Assembly (NCBI GenBank): GCA_004022145.1
Contig: RCNU01000019.1
Origin: Paecilomyces variotii
Taxonomy: Eukaryota
Length of the DNA stretch: 64,000 nucleotides
Strand: one strand, 5' to 3'
The position numbers and the translations under genes were made by a program. The notes beneath the pieces were generated by a model. That model worked only from the letters and a program-made list of their open reading frames with translations. It was not told the DNA's origin and did not search any database. Below, piece after piece: positions 25,601 to 38,943 of this stretch. Within the stretch, counting starts at the first letter, position 1. Every line of letters begins with the position of its first letter.

Positions 25601-28271
25601 GGAGGAAGGATACTCCATATTTACCGCTCCGGGCAGCCCTGCGCCTCATCCGCCTATCCTATCCTAACGTATCCATTCTTGCCCGGCAGCATTGCAGCAA
25701 GAATGCAAGAAGAAGGGGGATCCACGGTGCAGCCCCCGGGACCGTAGTATGCAGAGTGCAGACAGACAGGAGATCCTCTAAAGCGCGACGAAAGCAGTGA
25801 CTATGTCCAATGAGTCTCTGCGATGTTCTCGAGCAAGATTCTGTCACGGCAGTCCGGGGGGTTGGATTGATTAATCAATTGGTTCGTTGATTATCTGCAC
25901 AATGATCTTGACGGGGATGAATATGGATCATGTTCTGTGGGCGTAATAAATAAATTACCAGACTAGACTGACGGTAATATTACCAGACGCGAGCGCGTCG
26001 CGTGCGGCGGGGAAAGAAAGAGGGAAGGCGCGACTCCACGATCCCCTGCATCGCGCCTTCCGCTTTCCCCTGTTCCCCCCCCCATGACGACACCGGGAAG
26101 GAGCGACTCTTGATTATTTTCCAACTTTTTCAAGTAACCGCGAGATCAGACGAGATATTATCATTACCAGCTCTCCTTATCAATTAATCAATATTCTTGT
26201 TGTAACTATGATCTATCATCTAGTTATCACTCAATAATATCACCCATCACCATCGTCTCTGCGGAACAATACCATAGATAATCTCAGATCCCCAGCTTCG
26301 TCTCCGATTTTCCCGGAGATAAAAAGCCCACACGCTGTCCCGGCCTAGTCGGGCTGTCGCGCATTGGCGCTCTCCTGTCGCGACTCGACAAACGGCTTCT
26401 TGCTCTAACAGTCTAACTAGTTCTTAGCTGCGTCTAGTCGCGTCCTACAGTCTCCCAGCATGGCGGACAGGGCATCACTGGTCCATCGCCGACTGGCCCA
26501 GATGAAGCGCATCGCCTTGGGATCTGCTCCACCTTAGACGCCTGAGACGTGTTTCTCGCGCGCGCTCTGCCATCTGCTGCTCGTTCCCTCACCCCCGCGC
26601 GAGAGCAGAACGAGTCCGATACGGATACGGAATACAGACCGTACAGCCGGCCTTGGTGAGAGAGACCAACTTCCGACTCGTCCCGGGTACAGTGTCGTTG
26701 CAACACTTGGCGCAGCGCGAGCACAAGTGCCGACGGGGCAGAAAGTATAGAGTACAATAATAATAATAATAACTAATACAATACAATACTACCAAGTTGA
26801 TCAAAGAGGCAAAAGGCAAAATTCAAAAAAAAAAAAAAAGCGGCTCGGGCCAACGCTGCTGCAGCTTCTCTGCCGTGACCCCTAACCCTTGCAGCTCGCA
26901 TCGAGGCAGTCTGCTCGAGTCTTCGAGTCCGCTGGTCTGTCTGGCTCAGCCTCGAGAAAGGAAAGATGGAAAAGAGTGATTATGATGGTAGAATATTATT
27001 ATCATATTATCATCAAGAATAATACCATTGTATGCTTGTTGTTGGCGTAGTCTGCTGGACCAAGCTTCCAGGAACCGTCTCCATCGCCCCTCCAGTCCGA
27101 GCGTGGGCCCCAGTAGTAATTAATCATGATCGTGGCGCTTCCTCGATCCTCAGAACGGCGGTCCGTGGATAGCACTCAGGAGTCAACCTACTCTATCTAC
27201 AGTATCTATCTAGATCCCTGAAAGAGTTCATGGGACTTCACGGCGCTGGCTGCGGATAGACTCGAGCGCATCGCAATCCTCACAGCCGCACCCGCGCGGA
27301 GACTCGACACGGCCACAACGTTCGAAGCTCGACAAGTCTCTCTCTCTCTCTCTCTCTCGATCGTCTGCGAACTAATTAACTAGCTTCTAGCTTCCTCGAA
27401 ATCGAGTCGGTAGCATCGACGTGTTTCAGGGACCGTGATTCGGGCGGTATGTGGGACCAGTGTCACCGCACAGCGCCAAATATCTCCCTAATCTAATCCC
27501 TCTCTCTCTCTCTCCTCAACCATCCTCCGCGAGCGCAGCGCTCGCACGTCTATTTCCGGCTGCTGGACTGTCCAGGTCATCTCTCACAGTCTCGTGCCGT
27601 TTCCTTTGTGTTGGTCAGACGTTGTGTGCACGAACGGAACGCCCATCTTCAGCCTGGTATCTATCCCAGTCGGAGGAATGCAAGTGATCTCCCGGTGATC
27701 AATCCGTGGCGTCAGCTTCTCTCCTCCCAGATCCAAGAGGGAGATATAAACGAATCCTACCGACAACCGAATCCGGCATCTCATAGCTATTTCCAGTTTC
27801 AGCGCTGCTCTCCAACTTTCCTTATTCTCGTTTCTTTCTTTCTTTTTGGTCTTGTCTTGTCTTTTCCTTGACGCAGATACTCCCAGCTCTTACTACGTCG
27901 CAAGGGAGGTTTGGTTCCAAAGGATCGCGACAATAACAACGCGCAACACGTTGAGTCTTTGCAACGATCCGTCCACCAAGACCTCTGGTGGAAGTCGGAA
28001 GGTTGCGCCAGTGGGGATATCGGCGGGATTCATCCAATACATCATCACGCGCAGTCCAGAGATTCCTAGATCGCAATGGCCTTGTAAACCGCCATCGTCC
28101 TGCTGAAATCGCCCAGTATTGGCAACAAGATGTTTCCGGTATAACGAAGTCATCTTGGTGATCTGGACGCAATTCAACAGAGACCTGGAATTTAGGCTCT
28201 TGGTTTTGGAATCAGATCTATCAATCATACTGGACTGAACCGCAGCTACGATAACCCCCCAACTCCTCACC

Positions 28272-30329
28272 ATGGCGCACCACGCGCATGGTCTTTCTCA
28301 CACTCTACCGAAGAACTTCACGTTCCCTTTGGTAGAGGCTGACGACCCAACGACCCCTAAACGAAATCCATCAGAACCTACAGTTCCCCCTCCCCCTCGC
28401 CACGCCTCTTGCCATTTACCCAGATCCCGCGTCCGCTCACAAACCAATGTGCTCGCTTGTGTGGAGCGCGACTTTCTCCTATCCACTCTACAGTCTCCTG
28501 ATATCCCTCTGCCATCAATCGAAGTTCCAACTCCGGGGGATCCTCAGCCAATGTTCTCTTCCCCGGTTGATCCTGTACCCAGCGATCATCTGCTAGTTCC
28601 TCCGCGTGGACGGATCGATCTAAGAACGCCGCCGGCCCAGATCCGTGCTTCACCTCTCGACTCGCAGAGCACATGCAGCTGGAGGCAACCAGACGCGAAA
28701 AGCCTGGGTGACTCGATTGCACGCCCGAGTTCCGCATGCTCTAACATTTCGGATTCTTCGGTGTCCTCCATTGAGACTTCCGCTTCCCAAGCGTCCTGTG
28801 GAGGAAGTTGCACCAGTGTGGAGAGCGAAGATCCTTTCGTCCAATATGAGATGACCAGAAAAGCGGTCTTGGAGTCTCCATACCGGCCTAGCACTCTGCG
28901 CACAAGGCCTCTAGAGCTCCCGAAGAAGGAGAGATGGACGGTGGAGATGGATAACCACCTGTGGAACACGTATCAAATATACCTCCAAGACCCGACGATC
29001 ACGCCATTTAAGATGACACCAGGCAGCATACCACCGCTCGGAGTATCTCATCGAGTTGCCCGCGAAGCAAGGAGAACCTGGCCCAGAGTCAAGCGCAAGT
29101 CTGATCGACCACAACGTTCAGGGCTTTCCCAGATGTCAACTACGGATGATGCTACCTTTTGCGCGGAGACACAGGCGGTGGCAGCAGAGATGCGGAGTGG
29201 CAGTTCAACTCCCACGGCAAAAGCCTCTAAAGCGAAGCCTGTGTGGCCTAGATCCGAGGCCTCCACCCGTCGACGGCTCAAGCTACTATGTAGACGGAAA
29301 TTCTCGATTGCACCGCATTATCAGCGGCTGCTGCAGTCCCGTAGCCCCTCGCCCTTCATCGATCCGTTCTCGAGGAGCTCTCGAGAGTCCTCCCAGGTCG
29401 GCCTTCACGGCAATTCAACGTCATTCGCTACGCGGGACCTTGGTATTTCTCTGGTCTCAAGCTCCCTTCCTGGACCGCTCTCTCAGCTGGTCACGGAAGG
29501 CTACCCGTCGCGCGAGTCTGAGAACGTGTTCAATCGGCCTGTGCCCCCTACCATTCAAGTGGAAGACAGGAGTGACAGTTTTAGGCCCGCCGTGAATGTC
29601 AATCTGGACCCGTCCGGTCCTATTCCTCGTCTGGGGTCGCCTTTCAAGTACCACACTTGGGGCCCTGAACGCTCGCGCCATCCTGCCCGTCTCTTGACTC
29701 CCGTTAACCAGCGTGACACGATCCATGCCACTGGTTCGAGACTACGGTCGCCTGCGCGACGCCAATCATTCTCGAGCGTGCAAAAGCGGCGAGCTCAATA
29801 TCAGCTTGAAGAGGAGATCACTCCGGACGGATCAGACATCGATCACAATCTTCAGGACCTGTTGCACAAAGGCAAGATAAAGGACATCGGCCACCGCCGC
29901 GTACGCGTTCGAAACCGAGGAAACACGACTGGAGCCGTCAATATCAGGGGACAACTAGACCAGCTATTCTCCCCAGTTTCTCCGTGGGCAACCTCTGGAA
30001 CGGATGACCACAGTCCAAAGCCAACAACAGAATCAAACGGCTTGTTACAACCAGGAGGTGAGGCCATCAAACGGTTGGGCTCGCCTTTCGAGTTGAATGG
30101 TCTCAAGCGCATCAATACTCCAGCCAGATCTCCTCGCCACGCCCCTTCTCTTTCTGATCCATTCGTGGGTGGCGCGCTCTCTTCTAGACGTGCACCTGCC
30201 CACCAGGACTCCGAGTCTGACGGACGAAAAAGTTTCGGTACATTGCCTTATGACCCCACCGAGGAGGGCATTTCAGATGCAGAACGAATCCGACGACAGA
30301 TTCTCAACATGCCTTTTACCCGGAAATAA
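28272..30329 (+). CDS. Hypothetical Ser/Pro/Arg-rich protein, 685 aa, intronless
   Basis: Long ORF with good start context (caccATGG); one ordered-looking segment WTVEMDNHLWNTYQIYLQDPTITPF...PPLGVSHRVAREARRTW and three recurrences of an RL(G/R)SP motif. Confidence 0.85.
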   Translation: MAHHAHGLSHTLPKNFTFPLVEADDPTTPKRNPSEPTVPPPPRHASCHLPRSRVRSQTNVLACVERDFLLSTLQSPDIPLPSIEVPTPGDPQPMFSSPVDPVPSDHLLVPPRGRIDLRTPPAQIRASPLDSQSTCSWRQPDAKSLGDSIARPSSACSNISDSSVSSIETSASQASCGGSCTSVESEDPFVQYEMTRKAVLESPYRPSTLRTRPLELPKKERWTVEMDNHLWNTYQIYLQDPTITPFKMTPGSIPPLGVSHRVAREARRTWPRVKRKSDRPQRSGLSQMSTTDDATFCAETQAVAAEMRSGSSTPTAKASKAKPVWPRSEASTRRRLKLLCRRKFSIAPHYQRLLQSRSPSPFIDPFSRSSRESSQVGLHGNSTSFATRDLGISLVSSSLPGPLSQLVTEGYPSRESENVFNRPVPPTIQVEDRSDSFRPAVNVNLDPSGPIPRLGSPFKYHTWGPERSRHPARLLTPVNQRDTIHATGSRLRSPARRQSFSSVQKRRAQYQLEEEITPDGSDIDHNLQDLLHKGKIKDIGHRRVRVRNRGNTTGAVNIRGQLDQLFSPVSPWATSGTDDHSPKPTTESNGLLQPGGEAIKRLGSPFELNGLKRINTPARSPRHAPSLSDPFVGGALSSRRAPAHQDSESDGRKSFGTLPYDPTEEGISDAERIRRQILNMPFTRK

Positions 30330-32242
30330 ACGGTGCCCGACCTTAGGAACAGGTGGCCATAATATTTGAGTCTGACCACGATCACATTTGGCACTCATTG
30401 ATGCGGACGATTTTCCTTTTTGAATGTACGACTTTGAACGACTTACAGCCCCGGTTCCGACTAATTACGGAACCCAGATTACGACGGTGATGATATGATC
30501 AAATGATATGATTTTTCTCGACGAATGACAAAAAAGATGATGATTTTTTTTGACGGAGGTCAAATTTATTTGACTTAATGTACAGGGGATTTTAATCCGC
30601 AACCTGAGACATTTCCGCTTCTATCCCAGGGTACCCGCTGCTGCAATCAAGATGCCAACAATCAAGTCTGCGCGTCTTTATACGAAGCGGATCCTTACCG
30701 AAGCGGTTACTTTGACCTCGATATCTCTATGACGACCTAAAGGATTATGAGATCAACGATATAAACGATATTTTCGAAAGCATTAACAAATTTCCGCTTT
30801 TTTCTTTTTCCGCGGTTCTGCGTGGATTCGGCGAATGCGAAGACGAGCAGGGACAATTGACCGAATTGACTGGAGCGACTCCGCTACCCAGCGCGGATCG
30901 GAGAATCGGAAAAGATCCAAAGCGTACGCTGTCTTTTCGTCACTGTCTACCTGCTCGTCTCTCGCCATCCAGCCTCAGGCCCAACATACAGACACTCATT
31001 CGAATTTTCCTTTTTACTCTAGCAAGCTGTACCAGTCAGCAGATACAAGGCGGATATCGCCAGAAAGCCAGAAAAAAAGAAGAAGAGCCATTTACCGTTC
31101 TTCCATCCGTTCATCACTAGATGACTTTGCATTGTCTGACCGAGCTCTCATTGCCATGCTATATTACCTCATGAGGACCCTTCAACGCTGTCTCTCCACG
31201 GACGATGCGGATGAACTGGATTGAATGAATGGCCCCCAAACCAAATGGACAAGCTCACACTCTTCATTAGACAACTATGGCTCTTACCAGCTTTTCTGGC
31301 ACTTATCCACCATCTCCCCAAACAAACACTACTACTTCCCGGCTTGCTAACCACTACCAAGCCTGTCTCGCCTACGCGCTGTTTTCATATTTTCTTCTAT
31401 TTTCTCTTATTCTTCTATCTCGTCTCTCTTTAACCCATCTTCGATTCTTGACATGATGAATCTATGCCACTTTTTTTACATGATGACGAAACTTCTAAAT
31501 GCATCTGCTGCTCCATTTGACGAATTGATTTACGCGTGCGCTTTTACCTGGATTGGATTGGATCGGATCGGACTGGAGTAATGATTAGGTCCTAGGTCCT
31601 TGAAGGGGTTAATTAGCTTAGCGTCTTTCTAGGTACTTGAGTCTAGAGTATGCATGTCAACCTTTTTTTACTTCTTCTTTAAGAGTAAGAGAGGAAAATG
31701 GAAATCCATTACTTGGAAATCTAGACCATGAAATAAACCATGCATGTAGAAAGGAAAGGGGGTATAGTAGTAATTAGTTAACATGGCATGCAGGCCAAGG
31801 GAAATTAATTATCAATCGCAAGTGTTCCCTCCCTTCCCTAATGAAAAATCACAACAAGAAGCCTGTGACAGAACCAGGAAATGTGATCAACGACAAGAAA
31901 GAAAGAAAAGGTTGATTTCCATTTCTGCGTGATACATGCATGGTATGCAATTGATGCGTTTTGTGAATCCCAAAGGACAAAAAGTAAAGTGAAAATCGAT
32001 TGGTAGAGAGACCAGGAAGGAAACAAGTCAGTCAAAAAAACGCCAGGTTGGAGCCTTGTAGGGTCTTGGGAAGAAAACCGGGAGATTTGTGCATGAAAGA
32101 GGGGTATTTATTAAGTGTCATTCATCATTGAGGCGAAGGGGAATCGTGAATTAAAATCATTTTTAGGGATTAGTTATCGGGTCTGGTCATCGAAAGGCGG
32201 AGATCTTGGCAGACATGTACACAAGTGGTTGCATAACTGCCA

Positions 32243-35200
32243 TCATTTCTCAAGCTTCTCTTTCTTCTTGCTGAGGACGGCCTCGAGCTTCCGGATCTGA
32301 AGGGCGAGATCTTTCTGGTGCGCGTTGGCTAGGAGCCAGGCCTCCATCTTCTCACGGACGTACTTCATGGAACGGAGGACTGGACGCATGGTGCCTTGGG
32401 AAGACGACTCTGTTCCGTCCTGCTCCATCTCGACCCAACGGTCGGCTCCGGGGTTGAGAAGAAGGTCAAAGACATCGCTCCATAGCTCGCGGTCCCAGTA
32501 ACGTTTCAAGGGCTCCCGGAGACGATATGACTTTTTGTTGCCCGCGCCGGAACCCCTGCGACCTTCGTTTGCAACTGACTCGATGTACTTGCCAAACAGC
32601 ATTGCGTGAATAGTGCCAGCCACGCCGTACAAGTCGATTTGATACGTCCAAGGCCGCATCTCGCGGATCTCGTTGCATTCATGGCCACCGGTCTCCCAAT
32701 CCGCGATGAACTGGACAGAAGGCTGGAAAGCCCGCATATCAATCGCACGCCCAAAGTCGATCAGGGTCAGGCCTTTGTTGCGCCAGTTATACAGACCACT
32801 GGGAGAATAGTGGATCTCGCGAGGGTCCGTCGAGAAATCTTCTTCCAGATCAAGAAGAGACGCTGTAGTGGACGAGCTGCGGTCGGCCTTCTCATCGAAC
32901 CGCACCAGGCAGTTATCCGGCTTGATATCCCCGTGCAAGATACCACAGGCGTGGAGTCCTTCAACCACCCTGAAGAGCTCGATGGAGAAAAACATTGCCA
33001 GCGCTTCATCCAATCCTGCTTCTGCGGTCCCTGCCGCCATGGCTGTTTCGTTGCGGATCGTGTTGACTAGATCCAACAGCGTTCCTTGTCCGCGATAGTC
33101 CTCCACCAGGAAGCTTTCGTCTTTGAACAAGTGCAATTCATGAGCACGCACGATGCTGTCGGCTGCGCGAGAATACTCCGCTGACTCACTCAGACGCTCG
33201 TGTGCGATTCGAATCATGTAGAATTCCCACGCGTTAGGTTTTCCGATCTCCATCTTGATAGCTTCAAATCCGTGGCGGCAGGTCGAGGGCTTCGGCTTTC
33301 TGGCCCTATGAGACGAAAGGGCCCGTTTCTTGTTTTCTTTGATGATCTCGCTATCACTTTCGGAGGAGGTATCTGCATCATCAGTGCTTTCAGCGAGATA
33401 TACCGGGGCAAACGCCCCGGCTCCGAGCTCACGCCTGATAATGTAGCTTCTCTCGGCGCCAGAGAAGGTGAGGACTGGTGCAGTGAAGCTTGCCTTGTCT
33501 CCGCTCTTGTGTTTCTTTGAAAGGACTTTGATGTACTTTTGGATGTCTGAAGCGTGGTTGCCTTCCTCTCCGGAGTGGTCGTGATATCCAGCGAAGCTGG
33601 TCAAAGGTACATCGATAGACTTCAGAATAGTGGCACGAATGTTGCGATCGGTAGGATTGCACTGTGCGTCTTTGATGATGGGGACCACTGGTACAGTCTT
33701 CTTCGATTTCTTCGGCGGACTGGGTCGGAATCTCTTTGCAGCTGGGCTTGGGGACTCATCTTCAGGGACAGAAGCAAGACCTCGACTCTGTGGCGTCGAC
33801 AGAGCTTGAACTGGACTGGACAACAGGAGATTGTCAACAGCTGGCATGCCGGGAGAAGTGTGGCTACCGCTCTGCATCGGTTTCGACGGGGTCTTCGCAT
33901 CGTACATGTTGTTTCTGGCTGCGGTCATGGAGGGAAGAGAATATTCAGTTCTTTCCACAATAGGGGTCATGAAAGGAAGCCGATTCTGGGCCATGATGGC
34001 AGGATCACGATATGTACCACAAGGGGGAGCGTAGTCCTCGGGCATCTGCGGCACGAATCTTGATCGTGAGGAGGGAAGCTCGTCAGTGGAATCTTCACCT
34101 GAGGATAGGTACTCTGCATCGTGAGGGGAAGTGTTCTCGGCGTCGTGTTCGTGCGTGTTAGACAGCCTGGGGACATGTCTTCCTGTCGAAAATTCTGTCC
34201 ATTCACTGCCGGCGACACTTTCAGCCTGGGTGTAATCATAGTCTTCTTCCTCTTCTCCCTCATCCTCTTCATTGTGTGTCTTTTGCAGTGTGCCGGTCTC
34301 ATCATCACCGAATTCACTAGACGCTGCAGAAACAAGGCCAGTAGCGGTGCTCTCTCCGGCGCTTGTATAGTCATCATCTTCATAGTCACTACCACAGAGA
34401 CTGTCATTCCTTTCTTCCGTCTCGGCTTTCAAAGGCTGGTTGAAGATACTGTATATCTCATCCGTGGCAGCGCGTGTGTGGATTGTCATAGTCGGCTCCG
34501 AAGCATTCCTCTTCTTCAACTTCCGACCTGTGGGCGAATCCAGATTGGTTTTGACTGATATATATTAGCTCGATATCCATATGGTGGGGACTACAGATAG
34601 CAGTTGCGTTTCACTTACTGGTTTGTGTCTCCCCCTTTATCTCCTTAACTTTGATCTTTTTAGTCTTTGCGACTTTTACATCGCTCTTTCCCTCCAGATA
34701 TGATGTAGCCGGATGAGAAACATCCTCTTCGATGGCCAGCTTATTGACGTCTGCCGCAAGGGCACCATTTGGACAGTTCTCCGGATCATCTGCCATCACC
34801 GGCTCCCTGCATGAGGCGTTCCCTGATATCTCTTTCAGCGGCCTCTTTTGTCTCCAATCCTTATCCATCCATCCGCGTTTGATCGCTCTAAGTTCTTCAA
34901 AACTGATCTCATAACTAGGATTTCTGCGATCGGGATATACTGCTGCAAGGTTGACAAAGACGCGCTCTCTTCTTCCGGTACGGGGATTGACCGCCTCCCT
35001 TACGTGATGCTCTGGAATCTCTTCGGGCTTTACTGAATCTTGTACTCGTGCATTGGATTTTGACTGGATACACAGAAATGCAAACGACACGCATGCCACC
35101 AATTAGTCCTGTGATCGTAAATATATGGAAGTCAGAAAATGGGCAGAACTGAACTGAACTAACCTGATCCCTGAAAATGGTCATCTTCTGAGCCGGAGCC

Positions 35201-36156
35201 GCTTTCTTGCCAGCTTTCAGAGTCTCTCCCGCCCAGGGCTTTGCCTCCACTGTGTTCTCCTTCTTACGTTCGTGGAGCGATCCGATGCTCTCCCATCCCT
35301 TTGTCGGCCCGCCCAAAGCGGGTGCAGCAGCTGGGGCCGAATCCCCATCCGAAAATATAGCCATCTTAGGTTTCCCTGATTTGGTTTTTGGTGCACTACC
35401 AACTCCCGATGAAGAGCGCTGTGCTTGCGGAGCAGGACTGGGAGCTGATGCGGAAGAGAAGGGGTCAATCTTAGCGGCCAGCGCTGGACGGACAGCAGGA
35501 AGAGCCGGCGAGGATGGGCCATCTGTGCCTCGACGCTCGAATCGAATCTGGAACTCCTTGAATTTACGGAGTAGACGTTCCGTTGGCCTGGCTTCTCGTT
35601 CGATGCCGAGTCTGTAAACCTCTTCAGCCTGGGTCCATCTTCCGGCGCCCTCCAACCAGGCAGCGAATTCCTCATAAAACAGCGCCAGTCCCTCGCCTAT
35701 ATGATGTCGTGCAAGGAAAGCAAAGACTTCTCGAGGGGAGTCAGAAAAGAGTCTGATGTAATGCAGCCATAGCCGGAGGTAACGCGGGTCGTTTTTGTAG
35801 TGTGACGATGTCAGAAACGACTTGGTGGCGCGTTCCAGGAGAGGGAGTAGCCCCGACTCTGCTGTAGCCTGTGTCGAAGGGTACGCATTCATCGTCCACT
35901 TCACATATCGATCATATATATCCAATGGATCATCCGACTCGTCGATCGTTTGAAGCTCGGCTTCATATTCTTGCCGAATGGCATCGTTGAGGGTCTTTGT
36001 TTCGTTAGGCGACGGCGAGGCAAGTTTATCGCTGCTACTTCCGGAAGAGAAAATCTGTGCGAGCGCTCGAGCTGATCGACCACCAGGTAATGACTGAACG
36101 TTCTCTTTCTGTGCCTCGATTATGTCGAAATTGATGAGATCCTCGGAGGCCGACAT
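32243..36156 (-). CDS. bub1: Spindle checkpoint kinase Bub1/SldA; introns about 35163-35064 and 34618-34555
   Basis: KEN box (AQKENVQSLPGGRS), Mad3/Bub1 TPR region (DDPLDIYDRYVKW, YKNDPRYLRLW), GLEBS-like EISFEELRA, kinase motifs LGAGAFAPV, HGDIKPDN, LIDFG. Confidence 0.95.
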
Positions 36157-36787
36157 GGCGGCTGACTGTGACCAGAAAACAAACTCCTTGCAATGCTGTA
36201 TCCGAAAAGGTGTTCACGCACAACTAGGGCCAACAAAGGATTGATGAATATCGAAATACTTGCGATGATCGTGCGGTCGTCCAGTCCAGGAGCGTCGATT
36301 GTGCCGTCGGAATAGAAATTGAAGAAGATCGAGAAGCTGACGGGCGTTGGTCTTTGCGATAAACTTGCGATAAACACATTCTGTCGTTGCCCTGGTGACG
36401 GCTCACGTGCTGGTCGCCGCTTCTATGATCTATGACAATTACTGGAGAATATAGCTGTTAGTAACTAGTTATAAAAGCAGAGACTTAGTTAATTGAACAA
36501 AACAGAGGCTGAATTGTTCCATATGGTCACTTGTACTGTTCTGCCCTGACGTTGGTTGCTCGACATAGATAATCGTGAATATCCGGCGAGCGACACTTGC
36601 CAGACGCGCCACTCGCTGGATACAGCTAATAATAATAACTAGGGCGCAACACCAGGGAAGAACAGCCACAGATCCACTCCAACAGCCTGTCTACCCTTCG
36701 AGATCACTACTAATTTCCAGGATCGAACTAATGACAGAGAACAATTAATACGTCTCCATATGTTGAGTTGAACAATTGCTTCCTGCA

Positions 36788-38943
36788 ATGCCCGCGCGCT
36801 CCTCCCGCAGCGCAGGTTTCGCCGCGGAGTCGCCATCGCCAAGCTCGAAATCCTCAACGGCCGCAACTGATGCAATGCAGAGGAATGCACCAAAAAAAGG
36901 TAGCAAACGAGGTGTCGAGGACGCAACAGAAGTAGGATCACCTTTGAGGAGGTCCAAGAGATCGAGAACATCGCTAGCCTCCGATTTGCCTTCTCCGGCC
37001 CCTACAGCGAGTGGGAACGAAATCATTCCCGACGAAGACATTGATAAAGTCAACGGTGCAACACCTACGGAAGACGATACGGGGACAGTGCAGAGAGGGA
37101 AAAAGCAGAGAAAGACAAAGACTGTTGCTGAGGTCACAGAGAAGGCGGAGGTGTCAGCGAGCGTCAAGTCAAACAAGAGGGCAAGGGCAACACGGACAAA
37201 GGCCTCCTACGTCGATCAAGACGTGGACGCAGAGATCGATGAAGAAGTAAAGGAGGAGGAAGAGGAAGAGGAACAGGAGATAGTCGTCAAGAAAACGGTG
37301 AAACGCAAGAGGAAGACCAAGGAAGAAAAGGACGCTGAAGCGATGCCACTCGCTGCGCGCACACAAGGGCTGCGCATGTTCGTGGGTGCCCATGTCAGTG
37401 CTGCGAAAGGTCTGTTTTTTCTTAATCTGTATATATTGCCCATATGGGCTTATCATGATGTACATGGGCTGAGCTGTGTTTCTATAGGAGTCCAAAATGC
37501 CGTTACAAACAGTGTTCACATAGGGTAAATCGTCCTTATCAGTTGTATCTCTGCGAGATCACTAATCAGGAGTATAGGGGAAATGCCTTCGCTCTGTTTC
37601 TGAAATCTCAGAGGAAATGGGATAATCCGCCATTGCAAGATGAGCACAGAGATGCATTTCGACAGCTGTGCGTCGAGCACAAGTACGACCCTGCAAAGTA
37701 TGTCCACGCATATCATCCCCCTCTTCGTAGAGTAATTGCAATCAATATATACTAACCTCCGAGACAGATTCGTCCTACCTCACGGTTCCTACCTTGTCAA
37801 CCTGGCTCAGGAAAACAAGGCAAAAGCCAAACAAGGATATGACTCGTTCCTGGAAGATCTACAGCGTTGCGAGGATCTCGGCATCAAACTCTATAATTTC
37901 CAGTTAGTATAGTATTACGGAGCCCGCTAGCCTCTTCATCGCTTGAGTATCTCTCAACTGACACCCTATGCAGTCCCGGCTCAGCAAACCAGAGCACCCT
38001 TTCCTCAGCACTTTCTCGCCTCGCCGAGGCGCTCACAAACGCCCTCTCAGCCACAAAGACCGTCATCCCCGTCCTCGAGACGATGTGCGGACATGGAACG
38101 ACCATTGGAAGCAATCTCAGTGACTTCCGCGACTTAATAGCTTTGATTCCCGAGAAATACCATGATCGCATCGGCATCTGCGTGGATACCTGCCACAGCT
38201 TCGCAGCAGGCTACGACTTGGTTTCCCCCGCTGGATTCCAAGCCTTCATGAAAGAATTCGACGACCTCATCGGCCTCAAATACCTTCGTGCCTTGCATCT
38301 AAACGACTCTAAAGCTCCCCGCGGCAGCAAGCGCGATCTCCACGCAAACATCGGAACAGGATTCCTCGGTCTGCGAGCCTTCCACAACGTCATGAATGAG
38401 AAACGCTTCGAAGGACTGCCCATGATCCTTGAAACACCCATCGATAGACCCGATCCCTCATACCTCCCCTCGGGCGAGACCACAGCAGTCCCCGAAGCAA
38501 GTGAAGAACCAACCCACGATTCCTGCGCCGAAGAGAGCGAAGCAGAAGATACCAAGTCCAAAAAGGGCAAAAAGTCCAAACGCCCAGTTGGTGCGCGCCC
38601 ACCCACTATCCCAGATTACAACGTCTGGGTGCGCGAGATCAAACTCCTCGAATCTCTGATCGGAATGGACCCCGAAAGTGCCGAATTCAAGACCCTCGAA
38701 GCCCAATTATCTGAGGAAGGACGCGCGGAACGAGAAAGGCTTCAGGACCAATATGACCGCAAGCTTGAAGCGGATGAGAAGAAGAGGAAAAAGGAACTTG
38801 AGAAGCAGAATCAACGGAGTCTAGAGGATATGTTTGGAAGTGGGAATGCGAAGAAAGGTGCTGGAAAGGCAATGAAAGCTGCTCCGAAGGGGAAGGCCAG
38901 AGGGAAGAAAGTGAAGTCGGGTTCTGAAAGTGGTAGTGAGTGA
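36788..38943 (+). CDS. apn1: AP endonuclease Apn1 (endonuclease IV family); multi-exon
   Basis: VGAHVSAAKG, GNAFALFLKSQRKW, LPHGSYLVNL, YNFH, LETMCGHG, CVDTCHSFAAG, HLNDSK, DLHANIG, ILETP. Confidence 0.95.

Noticed and set aside
36788-38943. AP endonuclease as the MAT-flanking APN2, which would make this a MAT locus
   Set aside because: Motifs are endonuclease IV type (Apn1), not the ExoIII-type Apn2 that flanks MAT; it is 16 kb from the MAT1-2-4-like gene and no SLA2 is present.
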